DNA of 64,000 nucleotides from Escherichia coli (GTDB lineage Bacteria; Pseudomonadota; Gammaproteobacteria; Enterobacterales; Enterobacteriaceae): NCBI RefSeq assembly GCF_024223415.1, contig NZ_CP100501.1; one strand, 5' to 3'. Shown piece by piece: positions 8,436 to 18,962 of this stretch (position 1 is its first letter; each line of letters starts with the position of its first letter). The notes under the pieces were generated by a model. It saw only the letters and a program-made list of their open reading frames with translations, ran no database searches and was not told where the DNA came from. The position numbers and the translations under genes were made by a program.

Positions 8436-11138
8436 ATGAATGCCATCATTCCGAAAAAAAGACGCGACGGAAAGTCTTCTTTTGAAGACCTGATTGCGTA
8501 CACCTCAGTGCGGGATGATGTGCCGGAAGATGAACTCAGACCAGACACGGAAGTGAAAGGTGAGGTTCCGCACCGGAATCGCTTCAGACGTCTTGTTGAT
8601 TATGCAACACGTCTGCGTAATGAAAAATTTGTTTCCCTGATTGATGTGATGAAAGACGGCAGTCAGTGGGTGAATTTCTATGGTGTGACCTGCTTTCATA
8701 ACTGTTTGTCTCTTGAATCTGCGGCTGAAGAAATGCAGAAAGCAGCAGACCTTGCTCATTTTTCCAAAGATGATACAGATCCTGTTTTTCACTATATTCT
8801 CTCCTGGCCTGCGCACGAAAGTCCGCGTTCTGAGCAGCTTTTTGACTGTGTGCGTCACACCCTGAAATCCCTTGAGCTGTCAAAACATCAGTATGTGGCA
8901 GCCGTTCATACAGACACGGATAACCTGCATGTACATGTTGCAGTGAATCGTGTCCACCCTGAAACCGGCTATATCAATTGCCTTCCGTGGAGCCAGGAAA
9001 AACTCAGCCGTGCATGTCGTGAACTTGAACTTAAGCACGGATTCGCGCCGGATAATGGCTGCTTTGTGCATGCACCCGGCAACCGTATTGTGCGCAAAAC
9101 AGCGCTGGTACGTGAGCGCCGTAATGCCTGGCGACGCGGGAAAAAGCAGACGTTCAGGGAATATATTGCTCAGATGTCGATTGCCGGGCTGCGTGAAGAG
9201 CCTGCACAGGACTGGTTATCTTTGCATAAACGGCTGGCCAGCGATGGTCTGTATATCACGATGCAGGAAGGGGAACTGGTGGTGAAGGATGGCTGGGACA
9301 GAGCGCGGGAAGGTGTTGCACTCAGTTCGTTCGGACCGTCATGGACAGCTGAAAAACTGGGGCGGAAACTGGGGGAATATCAGCCTGTACCGACAGATAT
9401 TTTCAGTCAGGTGGGGACACCCGGTCGTTATGATCCGGAAGCCATAAACGTTGATATCCGGCCGGAAAAAGTGGCAGAAACGGAGAGTCTGAAACAGTAC
9501 GCCTGCCGTCACTTTGCTGAACGCTTACCGGCAATGGCGCGCAATGGTGAACTGAAAAGCTGCCTGGCTGTACACCGTACTCTGGCAGAGGCGGGATTAT
9601 GGATGGGGATCCAGCACGGGCATCTGGTACTGCATGATGGATTTGATAAACAACAGACACCAGTACGTGCAGACAGTGTGTGGCCGTTGTTAACGCTGGA
9701 AAATATCAGAAAACTGAATGGCGGCTGGCAGTCTGTACCGAAGGATATTTTTACTCAGGTTGTACCACAAAGTCGCTTTAGTGGGCATCGAATGGATATG
9801 CATCCGGTCAGTGATCATGAATGGCACAGAATGAGAACAGGGGCTGGCCCACAGGGGGCAATTAAGCGGGAGATTTTCTCTGACAAAGAGAGTCTGTGGG
9901 GATATGCAGTCAGCCATTGTGCCCGTGATATTCAGTACATGATCTCTGAAGGGCGCTTTAGCTGGCAGAACTGCCATGAACTGTTTGCCCGCAGTGGACT
10001 GATGTTACAGAAACTGCATCATGGTCTTGTGATTGTGGATGCGTTTAATCATGACCAGACACCGGTTAAAGCCAGCAGCATTCATCCGGATTTGACTTTG
10101 TCCAGAGCAGAGCCGCAGGCCGGGCCATTTGAAATTGCAGCGGCGGATATTTTCGATCGGGTGAAGCCTGAAAGCCGTTATAACCCTGATATGGCTGTCA
10201 GTGACAGTAAGGAACCCGGGTTTAAACGGGATCCTGAATTGCGCCGCCGTCGTCGTGAAACCCGTGCAGCTGCGCGGGAAGATTTGCGTGCGCGTTACCT
10301 TGCATGGAAGGAGCACTGGCGTAAACCCGATTTACGTTACGGCGAACGGTTACGGGAAGTTCATGCTGCCTGCCGCCGGCGCAAGGCGCATATCCGCGTA
10401 CAGTTCAGGGATCCGCAAGTGCGTAAGCTGCATTACCATATTGCGGAAGTGCAGCGAATGCAGGCGCTGATCAGGCTGAAGGAAAGCGTCAGGGAAGAGC
10501 GACTGTCGCTGATGGCGGAAGGTAAGTGGTACCCGCTGTCTTACAGGCAGTGGGTGGAGCAGATGGCGGTTCAGGGGGATTCTGCTGCTGTATCTCAGTT
10601 ACGTGGATGGAATTATCGCGACAGAAGGAATGATGAGGTGCTTTTAACCACGCCTCAACGCTGTGTGGTTCTTTGTGAACCAGGCTCCACCCCGATTCAC
10701 AGGGATATCGGTGGCATGGTGGCGACTTTGCAGCGTAATGGCAGTGTGCGTTTCCGTGATGCGACAACAGGAGAGTACGTCTGTACAGATTATGGTGATC
10801 GCGTTGTTTTCAGCAACAGTGCCGATAACAAAACACTGAAGAAAAGGATGGTCAGGGTGTCCAGTGTGCTTTTTGCAAGGGATCCCCGAATGGGGTTTGA
10901 GCCGGAAGGTCAGGATGCACAATTTAACCGTATGTTTGCTGATATGGTTGCGTGGAAAAACGTGCAGCGGGATGAGCGTAAGGGGCACTACAGGATAAGT
11001 CGTTCTGATGTTGATCAACTGAGGGTCAGTAGTGAAAAACGTTTTCGTGATTATCTTAAAGGGCGTGATACTGAATCACACACTTACCATCATGCAACGG
11101 ATGAAAATAAGTGGGAGCCGCCATCACCGGGGATGTAA
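8436..11138 (+). CDS. nikB: NikB relaxase
   Basis: 900 aa immediately after nikA; HVHVAVNRVHPETG histidine-rich relaxase motif; size matches R64 NikB. Confidence 0.9.
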   Translation: MNAIIPKKRRDGKSSFEDLIAYTSVRDDVPEDELRPDTEVKGEVPHRNRFRRLVDYATRLRNEKFVSLIDVMKDGSQWVNFYGVTCFHNCLSLESAAEEMQKAADLAHFSKDDTDPVFHYILSWPAHESPRSEQLFDCVRHTLKSLELSKHQYVAAVHTDTDNLHVHVAVNRVHPETGYINCLPWSQEKLSRACRELELKHGFAPDNGCFVHAPGNRIVRKTALVRERRNAWRRGKKQTFREYIAQMSIAGLREEPAQDWLSLHKRLASDGLYITMQEGELVVKDGWDRAREGVALSSFGPSWTAEKLGRKLGEYQPVPTDIFSQVGTPGRYDPEAINVDIRPEKVAETESLKQYACRHFAERLPAMARNGELKSCLAVHRTLAEAGLWMGIQHGHLVLHDGFDKQQTPVRADSVWPLLTLENIRKLNGGWQSVPKDIFTQVVPQSRFSGHRMDMHPVSDHEWHRMRTGAGPQGAIKREIFSDKESLWGYAVSHCARDIQYMISEGRFSWQNCHELFARSGLMLQKLHHGLVIVDAFNHDQTPVKASSIHPDLTLSRAEPQAGPFEIAAADIFDRVKPESRYNPDMAVSDSKEPGFKRDPELRRRRRETRAAAREDLRARYLAWKEHWRKPDLRYGERLREVHAACRRRKAHIRVQFRDPQVRKLHYHIAEVQRMQALIRLKESVREERLSLMAEGKWYPLSYRQWVEQMAVQGDSAAVSQLRGWNYRDRRNDEVLLTTPQRCVVLCEPGSTPIHRDIGGMVATLQRNGSVRFRDATTGEYVCTDYGDRVVFSNSADNKTLKKRMVRVSSVLFARDPRMGFEPEGQDAQFNRMFADMVAWKNVQRDERKGHYRISRSDVDQLRVSSEKRFRDYLKGRDTESHTYHHATDENKWEPPSPGM

Positions 11139-11206
11139 AAATCATGTAGACAGGGTGATTAAATCACCGTAATGTGTCCTCGTTGTGTATACATTATGGG
11201 GGAGAT

Positions 11207-11455
11207 ATGCGAACACAGGTGACACTGCAAAAATGGGGCAACAGTATTGCTCTCCGGTTAACCGGAAATCTGAAAACCGTGCCGGGTTTTTCGGCAGGAG
11301 ATGTGGTTGATGTGGAAATCAGTGAGAAAGGATTGATCGTGGAAAAACCGGTGAGACCTCGTCTTACAGAGGCTGTATTGCTTGCGGGGCTGACGCCATT
11401 TTCCGCGCATGCAGATGAAGCTGCCACTCTTCTTGATAAGGAGAGTGAGTTCTGA
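11207..11455 (+). CDS. MazE/PemI-like (AbrB-fold) antitoxin
   Basis: MRTQVTLQKWGNSIALRL...; GGGGGAG SD; stop overlaps toxin start. Confidence 0.7.
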   Translation: MRTQVTLQKWGNSIALRLTGNLKTVPGFSAGDVVDVEISEKGLIVEKPVRPRLTEAVLLAGLTPFSAHADEAATLLDKESEF

Positions 11456-11799
11456 TGTTTGTTCCAAAGCGTGGTGATATTTGCTGGCTTGATTTTGAAC
11501 CCCAAAAAGGAAAAGAAATTGGCAAATATCGTCCGGCATTAATCCTGTCCCATGAGCAATATAATCGTTTAACAGGGCTTGTCATATGCTGCCCTGTCAG
11601 TACGAGTATCCGGGGCGCTCCAACAGAGGTTCCTGTTACTAATCTCGATGCACCAAGTGTGGTGGCCACAACGCTCATACAGACACTTGACTGGCGGCAA
11701 AGGCAAGTGCGTTTAATTACGGAAGCAGAAGAGGGCGTATTTGATGAGGTGCTTGAGAGAGTGATCACTCTGATTGGTGGTGAACATTTACTGAAGTGA
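11455..11799 (+). CDS. MazF/PemK-like endoribonuclease toxin
   Basis: MFVPKRGDICWLDFEPQKGKEIGKYRPALILS...GLVICCPVST, typical MazF/PemK family. Confidence 0.75.
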   Translation: MFVPKRGDICWLDFEPQKGKEIGKYRPALILSHEQYNRLTGLVICCPVSTSIRGAPTEVPVTNLDAPSVVATTLIQTLDWRQRQVRLITEAEEGVFDEVLERVITLIGGEHLLK

Positions 11800-11834
11800 A
11801 GGAGCCTGTTTAAGATTCTGTGTAAATGCCTTTC

Positions 11835-12053
11835 TCAGAAGTGACCGTCCAGGCGGTCACCGAACTCGATAATAAAGCGGCTCATTGCCATTCGCCAGTC
11901 CTTCAACGGCATCGTCCATTTCCGGGACGCAGACTGGATTGCCAGCCACACCACTTTTTTCACCGAGTCGTCTGTCGGGAACACTTTACGCTTTTTGATC
12001 GCATGGCGGATCACGCTGTTTAGCGACTCGATGGCATTCGTCGTATAGATCAC
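11835..12053 (-). pseudogene. IS256-family transposase, C-terminal fragment
   Basis: TNAIESLNSVIRHAIKKRKVFPTDDSV...WTMPLKDW motif. Confidence 0.7.
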
Positions 12054-12109
12054 TTTGAACCGCCCCGGAAATCCTGGAGACTAAACTTCCTGAGAAAGAT
12101 GTAAACAGG

Positions 12110-12436
12110 ATGACTAAAAATACTCGTTTTTCCCCCGAAGTCCGTCAACGGGCAGTTCGTATGGTTCTGGAAAGCCAGGGCGAATATGACTCACAATGGG
12201 CGGCAATTTGTTCCATTGCTCCAAAGATTGGCTGTACGCCAGAGACCCTGCGTGTCTGGGTTCGCCAGCATGAGCGGGATACCGGGGGCGGTGATGGTGG
12301 GCTCACCACCGCTGAACGTCAGCGTCTGAAAGAGCTGGAACGCGAAAATCGTGAACTGCGCCGCAGTAACGATATCCTTCGCCAGGCTTCCGCTTATTTT
12401 GCGAAGGCGGAGTTCGACCGCCTCTGGAAAAAATAA
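12110..12436 (+). CDS. IS3-family transposase OrfA (IS629-like)
   Basis: [41 protein letters not shown]. Confidence 0.85.
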   Translation: MTKNTRFSPEVRQRAVRMVLESQGEYDSQWAAICSIAPKIGCTPETLRVWVRQHERDTGGGDGGLTTAERQRLKELERENRELRRSNDILRQASAYFAKAEFDRLWKK

Positions 12437-12457
12437 TGCCACTGCTGGATAAGCTGC

Positions 12458-13303
12458 GTGAGCTGCAGTGAGCTGCATATTGCCCCGTCAACGTATTACC
12501 ACTGTCAGCAACAGCAGCATCATCCTGATAAACGCAGCGCCCGTGCGCAGCGTGATGACTGGCTGAAGAAAGAGATACAGCGCGTATACGATGAAAATCA
12601 CCAGGTGTACGGTGTGCGTAAAGTCTGGCGTCAGTTGTTACGGGAAGGTATCAGAGTGGCCAGATGCACTGTGACACGTCTTATGGCGGTTATGGGTTTT
12701 GCCGGTGTTCTCCGGGGTAAAAAGGTCCGCATTACCGTCAGCCGGAAAGCCGTTGCCGCAGGCGACCGCGTAAACCGTCATTTCGTGGCAGAACGTCCTG
12801 ACCAGCTGTGGGTGGCTGATTTTACTTACGTCAGCACATGGCAGGGCTTTGTTTATGTGGCGTTCATCATTGATGTGTTTGCCGGATACATCGTGGGATG
12901 GCGGGTCTCCTCGTCCATGGAAACGACATTCGTGCTGGATGCACTGGAGCAGGCGTTGTGGGCCCGTCGTCCATCTGGCACCATCCATCACAGCGATAAA
13001 GGCTCTCAGTATGTATCGCTGGCCTACACGCAGCGGCTTAAGGAAGTCGGATTACTGGCATCAACAGGGAGCACAGGCGACTCGTATGACAACGCGATGG
13101 CGGAGAGCATCAATGGTCTTTACAAGGCGGAGGTAATACACCGTAAGAGCTGGAAAAACCGGACAGAAGTGGAGCTGGCTACACTCACGTGGGTGGACTG
13201 GTATAACAATCGACGATTGCTGGAAAGGCTGGGCCATACTCCCCCGGCAGAAGCAGAAAAAGCTTATTATGCTTCCATCGGAAACAATGATCTGGCAGCC
13301 TGA
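12458..13303 (+). pseudogene. IS3-family transposase OrfB (IS629-like), N-terminal region out of frame
   Basis: Compared with copy 2, about 20 bp (tacggggtcggaccggtatg) are missing near the orfA/orfB junction, producing an in-frame stop after LREL. Confidence 0.7.
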
Positions 13304-13342
13304 GTTCACAGACAAAACATTCTCCAGGAAACCCGGGGCGGT

Positions 13343-13804
13343 TCAGTTTTGCCATTCTACAACCTGCTCCATCACGGCATCGGTAACCTTTGATATCAGT
13401 GCCGGTGAAACATCTGCGTCATACAGTTCTTTGAACGCAGCGGCTATCTCACGGGTGGTCATCCCTTTGGCATACAACGAGAGGATCTGGTTATCCATCC
13501 CGGTAATACGGGTCTGATTTTTCTTTACCAGTTGTGGTTCGAAGGTACCGTCACGATCGCGCGGAGTACGCAGTTCCAGTGGACCGTCGCCTGTGATAAC
13601 GGTCTTTGTGGAATAACCGTTGCGGGAGTTAGCTCCTGGTCTGGACTGATTTTTCTCATACCCAAGATGGTGTGTCATCTCTGCATTGAGAGCGGCTTCA
13701 ACGCTGAGCTTTTTCAGCAGCCGATCAAACTGACTGAGGTCTTCAGGGGTTTTGAGGTTTTTGGCCAGTTCGTTAGCCAGAGCCTGTAACTGTTTTTCGT
13801 CCAT
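13343..13804 (-). pseudogene. IS256-family transposase, N-terminal fragment
   Basis: MDEKQLQALANELAK...NGYSTKTVITGDGPLELRTPRDRDGTFEP...VEWQN. Confidence 0.7.
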
Positions 13805-13890
13805 AAATTAACCTTCATTTGATGCTGGATTGAACATATCAAAATCAGGCAATTACACAAATCTATGTACAGGCTCTTCCGCTGGCTGGC

Positions 13891-14136
13891 TCACCTGCGT
13901 CGCGCCGGCTGCCAGGTAAACGTGTTCTCTGCGGCACGATACGCTTTTGTTCGTTGAGCCTTTGCGGTTCTCGCTTTGCGCTCTGCCCGAATCATTCTCA
14001 AAACTTTTACACGCACTTTTCTCTTAACTTCCCGTGGCAGTTCATCCCTGCCGGACAACTTTAACTGTGCAGCCTGTGCGGCATAAGCATCGTTGATACG
14101 CTTACGTTCTGCTTCCGTCAGTTTCATCCAAGACAT
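13891..14136 (-). CDS. hypothetical small basic protein (81 aa)
   Basis: ORF only; K/R-rich; no recognised family. Confidence 0.3.
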   Translation of the reverse strand: MSWMKLTEAERKRINDAYAAQAAQLKLSGRDELPREVKRKVRVKVLRMIRAERKARTAKAQRTKAYRAAENTFTWQPARRR

Positions 14137-14274
14137 AATTCCTCCTGGTGACTTATCCGTGTTATGTCTTTAATCTGTATCCCCTTCGTTGCTATGCCTC
14201 CGGGATATCAGGTATTACCTTTCGAAGAATTTTATAAAAAACCACCTGTGCAGAGGGAAAGAGTGGATTTGCCC

Positions 14275-15180
14275 CTATATTTCCAGACATCTGTTATCAC
14301 TTAACCCATTACAGGCCCGCTGCCGCAGATATTCCCGTGGCGAGCGATAACCCAACGCACTATGCGGATGCCATTCGTTATAATGCTCGAACGCCTCTGC
14401 AAGGTTCTTTGCTGCCGTTAACCCGTCTGGTTTGGGCATGACACTGATGTAGTCACGCTTTATCGTTTTCACGAAGCTCTCTGCTATGCCGTTACTCTCC
14501 GGACTCCGCACCGCCGTGTTCTTCGGTTCAAGCCCCAACATCCGGGCAAACTGCCGTGTTTCATTAGCCCGGTAGCATGAACCATTATCCGTCAGCCACT
14601 CTACTGGAGACGCCGGAAGCTCGTTGCCGAAGCGGCGTTCCACCGCTCCTGGCATGACGTCCTGTACTGTTTCACTGTTGAAGCCGCCCGTAGTGACCGC
14701 CCAGTGCAGTGCCTCACGGTCACAGCAGTCCAGCGCGAACGTGACTCGCAGTTTTTCTCCGTTATCACAGCGGAACTCGAACCCGTCAGAGCACCATCGC
14801 TGATTACTTTCTTTCACAGCCACTCTGCCGGTATGTGCCCGTTTCGATGGCGGTACAGCGGTTTTTCGCTCAAGCAACAGCGCATTCTGGCGCATGATCC
14901 GGTAAATACGTTTGGCATTGATCGCAGGCATACCTTCAAGTTCTGTTTGTCTGCGAAGCAGCGCCCATACCCGACGATAACCATATGTGGGTAGCTCTCC
15001 GATAACATGGTGTATACGGCGAAGCACATCCGTATCATCCGTGTGACGGCTGCGGCGGCCGTCCTTCCAGTCATCGGCTCGTCTGAGAATGACGTGCAAC
15101 TGCGCACGCGACACCCGGAGACAACGGCTGACGAAGCTTACTCCCCATCCCCGGGCAATAAGGGCGCGTGCGCTATCCAC
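14275..15180 (-). CDS. insD: IS2 transposase InsD (OrfB)
   Basis: 301 aa matching IS2 InsD (DDE motif region [13 protein letters not shown]). Confidence 0.9.
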   Translation of the reverse strand: MDSARALIARGWGVSFVSRCLRVSRAQLHVILRRADDWKDGRRSRHTDDTDVLRRIHHVIGELPTYGYRRVWALLRRQTELEGMPAINAKRIYRIMRQNALLLERKTAVPPSKRAHTGRVAVKESNQRWCSDGFEFRCDNGEKLRVTFALDCCDREALHWAVTTGGFNSETVQDVMPGAVERRFGNELPASPVEWLTDNGSCYRANETRQFARMLGLEPKNTAVRSPESNGIAESFVKTIKRDYISVMPKPDGLTAAKNLAEAFEHYNEWHPHSALGYRSPREYLRQRACNGLSDNRCLEI

Positions 15181-15503
15181 TTTTTTGCTCGCCCATATTC
15201 AACGGCTTCTTTAAGGAGTTCATTTTCCATCGTTTTTTTGCCGAGCAGACGCTGGAGTTCTTTAATCTGCTTCATGGCGGCAGCAAGTTCAGAGGCAGGA
15301 ACGATCTGTTCTCCGGCAGCCACAGCAGTAAGACTTCCCTCCTGGTATTGCTTACGCCAGAGAAATAGCTGGCTGGCTGCCACACCATGTTGCCGGGCAA
15401 CAAGGGAGACCGTCATTCCCGGTTCAAAGCTCTGCTGAACGATAGCGATCTTTTCCTGTGTAGTACGCCGTCTGCGTTTCTCCGGCCCTAAGACATCAAT
15501 CAT
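15138..15503 (-). CDS. insC: IS2 InsC (OrfA)
   Basis: [56 protein letters not shown]. Confidence 0.85.
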   Translation of the reverse strand: MIDVLGPEKRRRRTTQEKIAIVQQSFEPGMTVSLVARQHGVAASQLFLWRKQYQEGSLTAVAAGEQIVPASELAAAMKQIKELQRLLGKKTMENELLKEAVEYGRAKKWIAHAPLLPGDGE

Positions 15504-15594
15504 CTGTTCTCCAATGACTAGTCTAAAAACTAGTATTAAGACTATCACTTATTTAAGTGATATTGGTTGTCTGGAGATTCAGGGGGCCAGTCTA

Positions 15595-17183
15595 AAGAGT
15601 AAGGAACTTACTGATTCATTTAATATTATTATCCATCAATAACTGAGCATACAAAAAAATAACAAAACTCTGACACAGATACAACCAGCTCTCTCTATAT
15701 CAGACTGACATTCTTCTCAAAAAGAGGCGTGTTCTGGAACACGGAACAGAAGCAATGAACATTGTAGACAGAAACACACTCTGTTTTTTACACGAGGATA
15801 TATGTCGGGAAAATCAGGCAGAAGAAATTAAAGGACTTTGTGCATACAAAGGGAAAGCGCGTTTCCGGTGCACCATATTAGATATTATCCCTGCTACAAA
15901 CACCAGAGACGCGCTCATAACTCTTCTAGCGTAAAATATCCTTTCAGGCAAGGAAAAGGTCGTGATACAGAATCACGACCTTAATTTTATCGAAAACACG
16001 GATTTTAGTATGCACATGACTGTACTCCTCAGGAGTACAGGGAAATCATAATCAGTAACAAAAACACCCGGCAACAAAAATTTAACGCGTTTACGCTATT
16101 TTTGTGACAAATATTGCAAATATGGAATCACTGTATTTTTACTGCAACAAAATCTGGTTGATCCACAGGCGGATCCGGGGTAAAAAATTATCCGGAATGT
16201 TTCTGCGTGGTGTGGTAAAACCTCTAGCCGGATTGCCTTTGCAGCAACGCAGGAACATTCCATCCTTTATCAGTACTCCTGACGCTGTAAAGACCTGGCT
16301 GATGCAGACAGGACTGCTGATATCGAATCAAAGCTTTCTCATTTTTTCGCGTACACAAAATAAAACAAATCAGGCAATTCCTTACACTCCCCCTCTAAAA
16401 TTGAGGGGTTTTTTTTTACCATATAAATTACTTGCACAGCTTTTAAAAAAATTGCAAATCTTTACTGTAGTGTCGGGCTTCATGTAGCTCAACAGGGCAT
16501 GGACTAAAAAGAAGTAAACCCATCTTTTATCTCCCTGATATGGGGGTCTTTGTGGCATAAAGAATTCCTTGAATTATTATTTTGATCATATCAACATGAA
16601 AAGAATAATACTCTGACTTTTGATTTCCAGTGCCAGATATAAAATCAAATTCACTGTAAATATCACATAATGATATCTGGCTGCCCCCAGTCACTTCCTG
16701 TATTCAGCCACACATATAAGCCCCCTGAATTTCCTTGTGGTTTTTATGTGATAAAAACCACAAGGAAACGATGGTTGAAATAATATTTAAAATGTGAAAG
16801 ATATCACCCGTAGAATTTTTCAATCCGACACTCCATAGAATGGACCTTTAAGATTTAATCCTCATCATGTATGAGGATTTTTTTTCTGGCAGACAAAAAT
16901 ATCTTTTCAGCAATCCCTGTTCAGTTCCGGTTCTGGTGACTCTGGAAGAGGTATTGTTACACGCTATAACCTGCCGGAATGACTCAGGTCCGTTCATCTC
17001 TGATACCATTAAAAGAAGCATTAAGCACATTCTGAGCGCCTCTTACAGAAGAAGCGGAACGCGTTCCTGGCTCCTGTTGCATAATCTTACTAACCCCATG
17101 GTTTTCTTGACTGCCAGAAACGCGCCCACAGTTTTTTTAGCCTGTCTCCGGTTCCTTGTCTAGAATACTGTTGATTTTTTGTT
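15595..17183. other. AT-rich non-coding orphan segment between IS2 and IS629-like copy 2
   Basis: No convincing ORF; contains terminator-like hairpins (ccccctctaaaattgagggg + T-run near 16390-16420; aatcctcatcatgtatgaggatt + T-run near 16857-16890) and a palindrome ttccttgtggttttt...aaaaaccacaaggaa near 16730-16770. Confidence 0.4.
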
Positions 17184-17225
17184 TGAACCGCCCCGGGTTT
17201 CCTGGAGAGTGTTTTATCTGTGAAC

Positions 17226-18116
17226 TCAGGCTGCCAGATCATCGTTTCCGATGGAAGCATAATAAGCTTTTTCTGCTTCTGCCGGTGGGATATGGCCCAG
17301 CCTTTCCAGCAATCGTCGATTGTTATACCAGTCCACCCACGTGAGTGTGGCCAGCTCCACTTCTGTCCGGTTTTTCCAGCTCTTACGGTGTATTACCTCC
17401 GCTTTGTAAAGGCCATTGATGCTCTCCGCCATCGCGTTGTCATACGAGTCACCAGTACTTCCTGTTGATGCCAGTAATCCGGCTTCCTTAAGCCGCTGTG
17501 TGTAGGCCAGCGATACATACTGAGAACCTTTATCACTGTGATGGACTGTGCCGGACGGTCGACGGGCCCATAACGCCTGCTCCAGAGCATCCAGCACGAA
17601 TGTCGTTTCCATGGACGATGAGACCCGCCACCCCACGATGTATCCGGCAAACACATCAATGATGAACGCCACATAGACGACCCCCTGCCATGTGCTGACG
17701 TAAGTAAAATCAGCCACCCACAACTGGTCAGGACGTTCTGCCACAAACTGACGGTTTACGCGGTCGCCTGCGGCAACGGCTTTCCGGCTGACGGTAGTGC
17801 GGACCTTTTTACCCCGGAGAACACCGGCAAGTCCCATAACCGCTATGAGGCGCGCCACTGTACATCTGGCTACCCTGATTCCTTCCCGTAACAACTGACG
17901 CCAGACTTTACGCACACCGTATACCTGATGATTCCCATCGTATACGCGCAGTATCTCTTTCTTCAGCCAGTCATCGCGCTGCGCACGGGCACTGCGTTTA
18001 TAAGGATGATGTCGCTGTTGCTGACAGTGGTAATACGTTGACGGGGCAATATGTAGTTCACTGCATACCGGTCCGACCCCGTACAGCTTACGCAGCTTAT
18101 CCAGCAGTGGCATCAC
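17226..18116 (-). CDS. IS3-family transposase OrfB (IS629-like)
   Basis: 296 aa [28 protein letters not shown]...; DDE integrase core. Confidence 0.85.
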   Translation of the reverse strand: MMPLLDKLRKLYGVGPVCSELHIAPSTYYHCQQQRHHPYKRSARAQRDDWLKKEILRVYDGNHQVYGVRKVWRQLLREGIRVARCTVARLIAVMGLAGVLRGKKVRTTVSRKAVAAGDRVNRQFVAERPDQLWVADFTYVSTWQGVVYVAFIIDVFAGYIVGWRVSSSMETTFVLDALEQALWARRPSGTVHHSDKGSQYVSLAYTQRLKEAGLLASTGSTGDSYDNAMAESINGLYKAEVIHRKSWKNRTEVELATLTWVDWYNNRRLLERLGHIPPAEAEKAYYASIGNDDLAA

Positions 18117-18439
18117 TTTTTCCAGAGGCGGTCGAACTCCGCCTTCGCAAAATAAGCGGAAGCCTGGCGAAGGATATCGTTACTGCGGCGCAGTTCACGA
18201 TTTTCACGTTCCAGCTCTTTCAGACGCTGACGTTCAGCGGTGGTGAGCCCGCCATCACCGCCTCCGGTATCCCGCTCATGCTGGCGTACCCAGACACGCA
18301 GGGTCTCTGGCGTACAGCCAATCTTTGGAGCAATGGAACAAATTGCCGCCCACTGTGAGTCATATTCGCCCTGACTTTCCAGAACCATACGAATCGCCCT
18401 CTGACGGACTTCGGGGGAAAAACGAGTATTTTTAGTCAT
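18113..18439 (-). CDS. IS3-family transposase OrfA (IS629-like)
   Basis: 108 aa, one substitution relative to copy 1 (V to I). Confidence 0.85.
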   Translation of the reverse strand: MTKNTRFSPEVRQRAIRMVLESQGEYDSQWAAICSIAPKIGCTPETLRVWVRQHERDTGGGDGGLTTAERQRLKELERENRELRRSNDILRQASAYFAKAEFDRLWKK

Positions 18440-18493
18440 TCTGTTTACCTCTTTCTCAGGGAGTTTAGTCTCCAGGATTCCCGGGGCGGTTCA

Positions 18494-18708
18494 GCGTGAT
18501 CCGCCATGCGATCAAAAAGCGTAAAGTGTTCCCGACAGACGACTCGGTGAAAAAAGTGGTGTGGCTGGCAATCCAGTCTGCGTCCCGGAAATGGACGATG
18601 CCGTTGAAGGACTGGCGAATGGCAATGAGCCGCTTTATTATCGAGTTCGGTGACCGCCTGGACGGTCACTTCTGAGAAAGGCATTTACACAGAATCTTAA
18701 ACAGGCTC
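18494..18708 (+). mobile_element. second IS256-family right-end fragment, inverted relative to 11802-12055
   Basis: Reverse complement of 11802-12017 but joined to the IS629-like copy about 40 bp further in. Confidence 0.55.
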
Positions 18709-18751
18709 AAGTGAAGCTAAGCACACAATCAATTCAGGTCTTTGACATCCT

Positions 18752-18818
18752 CCATCTTAACTTCCAAAGGGTACTCCCGCCGACATAAGGCGGGAGTACC
18801 CTTTGGAAGTTAAGATGG
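18752..18818. repeat. perfect 30-bp inverted repeat with 7-nt loop
   Basis: ccatcttaacttccaaagggtactcccgcc gacataa ggcgggagtaccctttggaagttaagatgg, about 145 bp downstream of trbC stop. Confidence 0.7.
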
Positions 18819-18962
18819 AAAACCGACATAAGAACCCTCTGTTATCCTGAAACTCTTATATTTATATAACTTGTGAAGGCGTTATGCACACAACCAATCT
18901 TCGCAAAGTCGGCGTCTCGTTGACATCCTCCACGCCCTGACGAATGTGGAGGAATGTCAATA

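Larger units (their letters stand above)
12056..13345 (+). mobile_element. IS629/IS1203-like IS3-family element, copy 1 (1290 bp, carries a 20-bp deletion)
   Basis: IRs TGAACCGCCCCGG... and ...CCGGGGCGGTTCA; orfA plus orfB; flanks ctt / gtt do not match (no target duplication). Confidence 0.8.
11802..13876 (-). mobile_element. IS256-family element remnant, interrupted by IS629-like copy 1 with internal deletion
   Basis: Imperfect terminal IRs GAGCCTGTttaAGATTctgTGTAAaTGCC (11802) and revcomp GAGCCTGTacatAGATTtgTGTAAtTGCC (13876); contains tnp N- and C-terminal fragments only. Confidence 0.55.
14264..15594 (-). mobile_element. IS2 (1331 bp) with 5-bp target duplication AAGAG
   Basis: Ends TGGATTTGCCCC... 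and ...GGGGGCCAGTCTA; flanking AAGAG at 14259-14263 and 15595-15599. Confidence 0.9.
17184..18493 (-). mobile_element. IS629/IS1203-like IS3-family element, copy 2 (1310 bp, intact)
   Basis: Complete IRs; orfA and orfB intact with typical -1 frameshift overlap; flanks do not match (no target duplication). Confidence 0.85.

Noticed and set aside
11826-12023. ORF MPFSEVTVQAVTELDNK... (also 18445-18684 on the other strand)
   Set aside because: Antisense to the IS256-family transposase C-terminal fragment; duplicated only because the IS fragment is duplicated
16104-16487. 127-aa ORF in the AT-rich orphan segment
   Set aside because: No RBS, spans a terminator-like hairpin, low-complexity AT-rich translation
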